Below the pieces are notes generated by a model. It saw only the letters and a list, made by a program, of their open reading frames with translations, was not told the origin of the DNA and did no database searches. This document shows, one piece after another, positions 59,183 to 64,000 of a DNA stretch of 64,000 nucleotides (its first letter is position 1; the number at the start of each line of letters is the position of its first letter). The translations under genes and the position numbers were made by a program. This DNA comes from an uncultured Acidobacteriota bacterium (GTDB taxonomy: Bacteria > Acidobacteriota > Thermoanaerobaculia > Thermoanaerobaculales > Sulfomarinibacteraceae). The stretch is from contig CAVWAW010000026.1 in assembly GCA_963753035.1 (NCBI GenBank), positions 2,838 to 66,837 of the forward strand. The letters run 5' to 3'.

Positions 59183-61416
59183 CCAGTTCCGCCTTCTCAT
59201 CGTTCCACAAGCTATCGGTCCAGGAACGCCTCCGGACCGTCCGTGACCGGGGCCTGCTCTCCTCGCAGGAGTGTCGGGCTCTGGGTAACGGCGAAACCCT
59301 CCTCGACATCAACGACGCCGACAATATGATCGAGAACGTCATTGGCGTCATGGGCATCCCCGTCGGTCTCGGGCTCAACTTCCTCATCAACGGCAAGGAC
59401 CACGTCGTGCCGCTCGCGGTGGAGGAGCCCTCCATCGTCGCCGCCCTGAGCTTCGCCGCCAAGACCGCCCGGCTGTCGGGCGGATTTACCGCATCGAGCT
59501 CGGATCCTATCCTCATCGGCCAGATCCAGCTGGTGGATGTCCCCCACCCGGTCAAGGCTCGGCATATCCTCGAAAGCCGCAAGGAGGAAGTCATCAACCT
59601 CGCCAACGGCCTCCACCCGAGGATGGTCGCGCGGGGCGGCGGCGCCGTCGATATCGAGGTGATCCTCCATCCCGCCACCCCCGACACATCCGAGATGCTG
59701 GTGGTCCACCTCCTCGTGGATACCCGAGACGCCATGGGCGCCAACCTGGTGAACACCATGTGCGAAGGGGTCGCCTCGTTTATCGAGAGCCTCACCGGCG
59801 GCAAGGTTTTTCTCCGCATCCTTTCGAATCTCGCTGATCGCTCCCTGGTCCGCGCCTCAGTGAGAATACCGGCCGAGAATCTGAAGACAAAAGGCCACGA
59901 TGGCGAGCAGGTCCGCGACGGCATCATCATCGCGAGTCAGTTTGCAATGGTCGACCCCTACCGCGCGGCAACCCACAACAAGGGCATCATGAACGGGATC
60001 GATGCGGTGGCCCTGGCCACCGGAAACGATTGGCGCGCAGTCGAAGCCGGCGCCCATGCCTTTGCCGCTCGCGGCACCCGTTACACCTCGCTCTCGCGCT
60101 GGACCAAGGGCGACGACGGGGCCCTCGTCGGCGAGATCGAGCTGCCGCTGCGGGTCGGCATCATCGGTGGACCGCTGAGCGCCAACCCTTCGGTCAGTAT
60201 GAATCTCCGGCTTGTCCGGGTCGACTCCTCACGTGAACTCGCAGAAGTGATGGCCGCCGTCGGGCTGGCGCAAAACTTCTCGGCGCTGCGAGCCCTCGTC
60301 ACCGATGGGATCCAACGCGGACACATGACCCTCCACGCCCGGAGCGTCGCGACCGCCGCCGGCGCTACACCCGAGATCTTCGACTCGGTGGTCGACAGGC
60401 TCGTCGCATCGGGCGAGATCAAGATCTGGAAGGCCAAAGAACTCGTCACCGAGGTCAGGGACCAGATGGGCCAAGGCATGGCCCCGGAAGAGCGCGAAGA
60501 GATGTCCGCCGGCAACGGCAAGATCATCCTCTTCGGCGAACACGCCGTGGTCTACGGCAGCCGCGCCATCGCCGCCCCGATCCCCCTCGCGGTACGGGCG
60601 CGGGTGGTCGACGAGAATGATGGTGTCTGGCTGGTGATTCCCCGCTGGGGCGTCGAACAGCGCCTCCGTCTGAATCCGGAGAAACAGATGTCGTTCGAGG
60701 TTCCGGCGGCGTTGATTCTCCGCAAACTCGGCCTCACCGACCGTTCGATGCGGATCGAGGTCTTCTCCGAGATCCCGCGCGCCATGGGTCTCGGCGGTTC
60801 CGCCGCGGTGGCGGTGGCCATCATCCGGGCCATCGACCGCCACTTCGATCTCAAGCTTACCGACGATCAGGTCAACGCCCTCGCCTTTGAGTGTGAGTGC
60901 GTCGCCCACGGCACCCCGTCGGGGATCGACAATACCGTTGCCACCTTTGGCAAACCTCTGGTCTACCGCAAGGCCGACCCGCCGGTCATCCGACCGCTTG
61001 AACTCTCAAAGCCCATCACCTTCGTGGTCGGGATGACCGGGGTCGAAGGGCTCACCGCCAAGATGGTCGCCCGGGTGCGCAACGGCCGCGACCGAAACCC
61101 GGATGTCTACGACACCGTCTTCCGCGGAATCGACGCCGTGACCCTTCAGGCCCTCGAGGCGCTCAAGCAACACGATCTCGAGCGACTCGGCGAGCTCATG
61201 AATATCTGTCAGGGGCTGCTCAACGGGCTCCAGGTATCGAGCTGGGAGCTCGAAGAGCTCATCCAGGTCTCGCGCGAAAACGGCGCGCTGGGGGCCAAGC
61301 TCACCGGCGGCGGCGGCGGCGGATCCATGATCGCCCTCTGCCCGGACAACGCCGACGCGGTCATCGAAGCAATCCAGGGAGCCGGCTATCAGGCCATGGA
61401 GGTCCGCATTGGCTGA
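59179..61416 (+). CDS. bifunctional class II HMG-CoA reductase :: mevalonate kinase fusion protein
   Basis: Intact 745 aa. The N-terminal ~430 aa match class II HMGR (VEEPSIVAA, DAMGANLVNTM, RAATHNKGIMNGIDAVALATGNDWRAVEAGAHA, GIQRGHMTLHAR). The linker is QMGQGMAPEEREEMS. The C-terminal GHMP kinase has GKIILFGEHAVVYG, PRAMGLGGSAAVAVA, KLTGGGGGGSMIAL. Confidence 0.9.
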   Translation: MTSSAFSSFHKLSVQERLRTVRDRGLLSSQECRALGNGETLLDINDADNMIENVIGVMGIPVGLGLNFLINGKDHVVPLAVEEPSIVAALSFAAKTARLSGGFTASSSDPILIGQIQLVDVPHPVKARHILESRKEEVINLANGLHPRMVARGGGAVDIEVILHPATPDTSEMLVVHLLVDTRDAMGANLVNTMCEGVASFIESLTGGKVFLRILSNLADRSLVRASVRIPAENLKTKGHDGEQVRDGIIIASQFAMVDPYRAATHNKGIMNGIDAVALATGNDWRAVEAGAHAFAARGTRYTSLSRWTKGDDGALVGEIELPLRVGIIGGPLSANPSVSMNLRLVRVDSSRELAEVMAAVGLAQNFSALRALVTDGIQRGHMTLHARSVATAAGATPEIFDSVVDRLVASGEIKIWKAKELVTEVRDQMGQGMAPEEREEMSAGNGKIILFGEHAVVYGSRAIAAPIPLAVRARVVDENDGVWLVIPRWGVEQRLRLNPEKQMSFEVPAALILRKLGLTDRSMRIEVFSEIPRAMGLGGSAAVAVAIIRAIDRHFDLKLTDDQVNALAFECECVAHGTPSGIDNTVATFGKPLVYRKADPPVIRPLELSKPITFVVGMTGVEGLTAKMVARVRNGRDRNPDVYDTVFRGIDAVTLQALEALKQHDLERLGELMNICQGLLNGLQVSSWELEELIQVSRENGALGAKLTGGGGGGSMIALCPDNADAVIEAIQGAGYQAMEVRIG

Positions 61417-61987
61417 TGTTGCGAACCACCCAACCAACGAGGTGGTTTCGAGTGAGGAAGAGCCGCTCATCCTTGTTGACGAATCCGATCGCGAGATCGG
61501 CCATCTCAGCAAGGGCGAGTGCCACGATGGCGAAGGCGTACTCCACCGCGCGTTCTCGCTTTTCATTTTCAACTCGGATGGCGAACTTCTGCTCCAGAAG
61601 CGCAGCGCCGAGAAACGCCTCTGGCCGATGTTCTGGTCGAACTCGTGCTGCAGCCACCCTCGCCGTGGCGAGTCCATGAACGTGGCCACCCGGCGCCGAC
61701 TGGAGCAGGAACTCGGAATGGCCGCCGATTTTCACCACCTCTTCACGTTCCAGTACCAGGCGCCGTACCTCGACCTCGGATCTGAGCACGAAATCTGTTG
61801 GGTCTATGTCGGGCTCTGTGATGATCCGCCCCGACCCAACTCAACCGAAATTTCCGCGATCCGATGGATCACGCCGGATGAACTCGACCGAGAGTTCGTC
61901 GATCGCCCCGAGGCCTTCACGCCATGGTTCGCCCAGGAATGGCCGCGGGTCCGCGATGTTTTTCACCGGGTACTGCGTTTGACCTGA
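61409..61987 (+). CDS. idi: isopentenyl-diphosphate delta-isomerase, type 1 (Nudix fold)
   Basis: Intact. HRAFSLFIFNSDGELLLQKRSAEKRLWPMFWSNSCCSHPRRGES...RRRLEQELGM. The TTG start overlaps the upstream stop. Confidence 0.85.
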   Translation: MADVANHPTNEVVSSEEEPLILVDESDREIGHLSKGECHDGEGVLHRAFSLFIFNSDGELLLQKRSAEKRLWPMFWSNSCCSHPRRGESMNVATRRRLEQELGMAADFHHLFTFQYQAPYLDLGSEHEICWVYVGLCDDPPRPNSTEISAIRWITPDELDREFVDRPEAFTPWFAQEWPRVRDVFHRVLRLT

Positions 61988-61995
61988 GGAGACCC

Positions 61996-63099
61996 ATGGG
62001 CATCCCACTGATTCAACAGCTCCGCATCGGCGGATACCTGATCAAACAGAAACTGAAGGGCCGCGATCGGTACCCGTTGGCGATGATGCTCGAGCCGCTT
62101 TTCCAGTGCAACCTCGCCTGCTCGGGCTGCGGCAAGATCGACCATCCCGACGAGATCCTCAAAAAGCGCCTCAGCGTTGAACAGGCCCTCGCCGCGGTTG
62201 ACGAGTGCGGCGCGCCGGTGGTATCGATTCCCGGCGGGGAGCCGCTTCTGCACGATGAGATGCCCGAGATCGTCAAGGGACTTGTGGCACGCAAGAAATT
62301 TGTTTATCTCTGCACCAACGCGCTGCTCCTCGCGCGCAAGATGGACGACTACGAGCCCTCCCCCTACCTCAACTTCTCGGTCCACCTCGATGGCAATCGG
62401 GAGCGCCACGACGCATCGGTCTGCCGCGACGGAGTCTACGATCGGGCGGTCGCCGCCATCAAGCAGGCCCTCGAACGCGGATTCCGGGTGACGATTAACT
62501 GCACCCTCTTCAACGGCGAGGACCCCGACGAGGTGGCGCTGTTCTTCGACGATGTCATGGAGATGGGGATCGAGGCCATCACGATCTCACCGGGCTACAG
62601 CTACAGCCGCGCGCCGCGCCAGGACGTCTTCATGAACCGGCGCGAGAGCAAACAGCTTTTCCGCGATATCTTCAAGCGTGGCGCCGAACGCAAGAAGAAA
62701 TGGGCCTTCAATCAGTCATCGCTTTTTCTCGATTTCCTCGCCGGCAACCAGGGTTACCAGTGCACGCCGTGGTCGAACCCGACCTACAACATCTTCGGCT
62801 GGCAGAAACCGTGTTATCTGCTCGTCGATGAGGGCTATGCCGAGACCTTTGCCGAGCTGATGGAAGAGACCGAGTGGGAGCGCTACGGAACCGGCCGCAA
62901 CCCCAAGTGCGACAACTGCATGGCCCACTGTGGCTTCGAGGGCACCGCGGTCGACGACACCTTCGCCCATCCGCTCAAAGCCCTCAAGGTCGCAATCATG
63001 GGGCCGGACACCGACAAACCGATGGTCGAAGATCCGCCGATCCAGTACCTGGACGATCACCGTGAGTCCAAGAAACTGCCGGTCAAACAGGCGGGGTGA
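61996..63099 (+). CDS. hpnH: adenosyl-hopene transferase HpnH (hopanoid side-chain radical SAM enzyme)
   Basis: Intact. YPLAMMLEPLFQCNLACSGCGKIDHP (CxxxCxxC), VSIPGGEPLLH, FVYLCTNALLL, SSLFLDFLAGNQGYQCTPW, GWQKPCYLL. There is a near-colinear match to HpnH sequences recalled from hopanoid producers. Confidence 0.9.
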   Translation: MGIPLIQQLRIGGYLIKQKLKGRDRYPLAMMLEPLFQCNLACSGCGKIDHPDEILKKRLSVEQALAAVDECGAPVVSIPGGEPLLHDEMPEIVKGLVARKKFVYLCTNALLLARKMDDYEPSPYLNFSVHLDGNRERHDASVCRDGVYDRAVAAIKQALERGFRVTINCTLFNGEDPDEVALFFDDVMEMGIEAITISPGYSYSRAPRQDVFMNRRESKQLFRDIFKRGAERKKKWAFNQSSLFLDFLAGNQGYQCTPWSNPTYNIFGWQKPCYLLVDEGYAETFAELMEETEWERYGTGRNPKCDNCMAHCGFEGTAVDDTFAHPLKALKVAIMGPDTDKPMVEDPPIQYLDDHRESKKLPVKQAG

Positions 63100-63218
63100 C
63101 GTCGATACTGGATACTGTCCCGGACGCTGAATCCTGTCGTTGGTTCCTGCCGCTGTTCCGGTCGCTGGTTTCTGACGCTGTCCCTGCCCCGGTCGCTGTC
63201 CCGGAATAGGTTCCCTCA

Positions 63219-63467
63219 GGCCCGGCCTTCTGGGCCGCTGTGACGCTCGGGCGTCACAGCGGCCCAGCGTCGCACCATCGGCGTGGTCGCGCGTTGGTTG
63301 CTTGGGAGGGCTGCGACCCCGCCGATGATGCGCCGGCGGCCTGCCTCGTTGCCGGGAGAACAGACCGCATCGCGCTCCCCGGGGGAGCCCGGCAGCGCCA
63401 TTGTGCGGGGCGCGGGGCGGAGCCGGGTGGTGGTTCCAGCACAATAGCGTGCCCGGCACCCCGTTGG
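63219..63467. repeat. inverted, diverged third copy of 248-bp module X (see 46286-46967)
   Basis: The reverse complement aligns with module X end to end (roughly 85% by eye) and includes the CATCGGCGTGGTCGC...GCGACC(C)CGCCGATG stem. It is followed (63468-63650) by sequence resembling module Y and a REP at 63541-63572. Confidence 0.8.
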
Positions 63468-63716
63468 GGCGGGGTTTTCCGCTTGTCCTGAATCGGTTGG
63501 GTGGCTCGTTGTTTACCCCGGATTTCGGGGGCTCTGATGGGCCGGCGGGACGCCGGCCCTACAATCATCGCAATCAGGGTTTCAAATCGTTTGGGCGGAC
63601 ATTGTGGGGGCGGGGTTTTCCGCTCGCACGGGAAGGAATCGGGTCGGCAGGGGCAGCGAGCAGCGGCGGTGAGGCTGTTCCGGACGCTGATTCCTGCCCC
63701 TGCCGCGGATGCTGAC

Positions 63717-64000
63717 CTATGACTCGTCCGGCTCTAAAAGCGTCTGCTTCTTCACCTGGCTTCTGGTGAAGCCAGGCGCGAGGGCCTGGGCGATATAGCC
63801 CGACGCGATCCACTTCGGATACGTGAGTTCGCGTTTGCCGCGGGCCAACGCGTCCATGATCGCCTCGACGAGGCCTTCCGGCTCGGCCATCTGCCGGTGG
63901 GCCACCGCCGGCAGCCTCGCCAACGCATCTTCGTCGAAGAACGGGGTCCTGATGGCGCCGGGGCAGACGGTGAGTACGTGGACACCGGCGTCCTCGATCT
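63717..64000 (-). CDS. SDR-family oxidoreductase, C-terminal part (gene continues beyond window end)
   Basis: The reverse-frame reading ...HVLTVCPGAIRTPFFDEDALARLPAVAHRQMAEPEGLVEAIMDALARGKRELTYP... is typical of the C-terminal third of classical SDRs. The stop is at 63717-63719. Confidence 0.6.
   Translation of the reverse strand, partial: IEDAGVHVLTVCPGAIRTPFFDEDALARLPAVAHRQMAEPEGLVEAIMDALARGKRELTYPKWIASGYIAQALAPGFTRSQVKKQTLLEPDES

Noticed and set aside
1-64000. tRNA, rRNA, tmRNA, transposase, integrase, defence-system (RM, TA, Cas, retron-type) genes
   Set aside because: Scanning by eye found no T-loop or anticodon-arm candidates, no rRNA-like segments, and no ORFs with nuclease, recombinase or reverse-transcriptase motifs. 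The absence is only as good as a manual scan.

Overview
This is a 64-kb GC-rich bacterial chromosomal window. I found no rRNA, tRNA, CRISPR array, transposase or prophage genes. I can support about 47 protein genes and about a dozen non-coding repeat elements.

Layout:
- 0.2-13.3 kb: an exopolysaccharide locus (CE4 deacetylase, beta-helix protein, B12-radical-SAM, GT4, O-antigen-ligase-like, polyprenyl-phosphate sugar transferase, BY-kinase-like P-loop protein, ExeA-like AAA ATPase, GumC/Wzz-like, Wza-like exporter).
- 13.8-20.7 kb: an unknown secreted protein, a 4Fe-4S+TPR membrane protein, RarD, DUF3014 and a LEA_2 lipoprotein.
- 20.8-32.6 kb: KAS-III-like, rubrerythrin-like, DUF309, alpha/beta hydrolase, GAF-PAS hybrid histidine kinase, thioredoxin-GYF, NRAMP-family transporter, Ser/Thr kinase-DUF4388 and a GT39-like glycosyltransferase.
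- 32.7-39.3 kb: an intact 1,729-aa secreted propeller/PKD protein and a secreted agmatine-deiminase/PAD-family enzyme.
- 39.6-46.2 kb: polA, NUDIX, MBL-fold hydrolase, SRPBCC, half-size TauE, VOC and a membrane protein.
- 46.2-47.7 kb: a 1.5-kb non-coding REP/BIME island.
- 47.7-56.1 kb: crcB-DUF190, RidA, an FAH-family protein, a ~1,170-aa S8 protease and a penicillin-acylase-family protein.
- 56.4-63.1 kb: YbaN, an SDR, and a translationally coupled operon of squalene synthase, an HMG-CoA-reductase::mevalonate-kinase fusion, idi and hpnH.

Major caveat: many genes (polA, the protease, GT4, radical SAM and others) are readable only by hopping between frames at 1-nt shifts, while other long genes are perfectly intact. 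Coordinates of disrupted genes are whole-gene spans inferred by eye. The shifts may be assembly indels rather than biology.

The most unusual content is non-coding:
- A family of inverted-repeat elements has AT-rich arms built from 7-nt-periodic repeats that each carry a stop codon. These arms sit exactly on gene 3' ends.
- There is a dense REP/BIME-like repeat system marked by the 9-mer CTGCGATGG.

Other leads are an uncharacterised ~215-aa module reused in two large secreted proteins, a shared 17-aa C-terminal tag on two secreted proteins, and the mevalonate/hopanoid operon with the fused enzyme.
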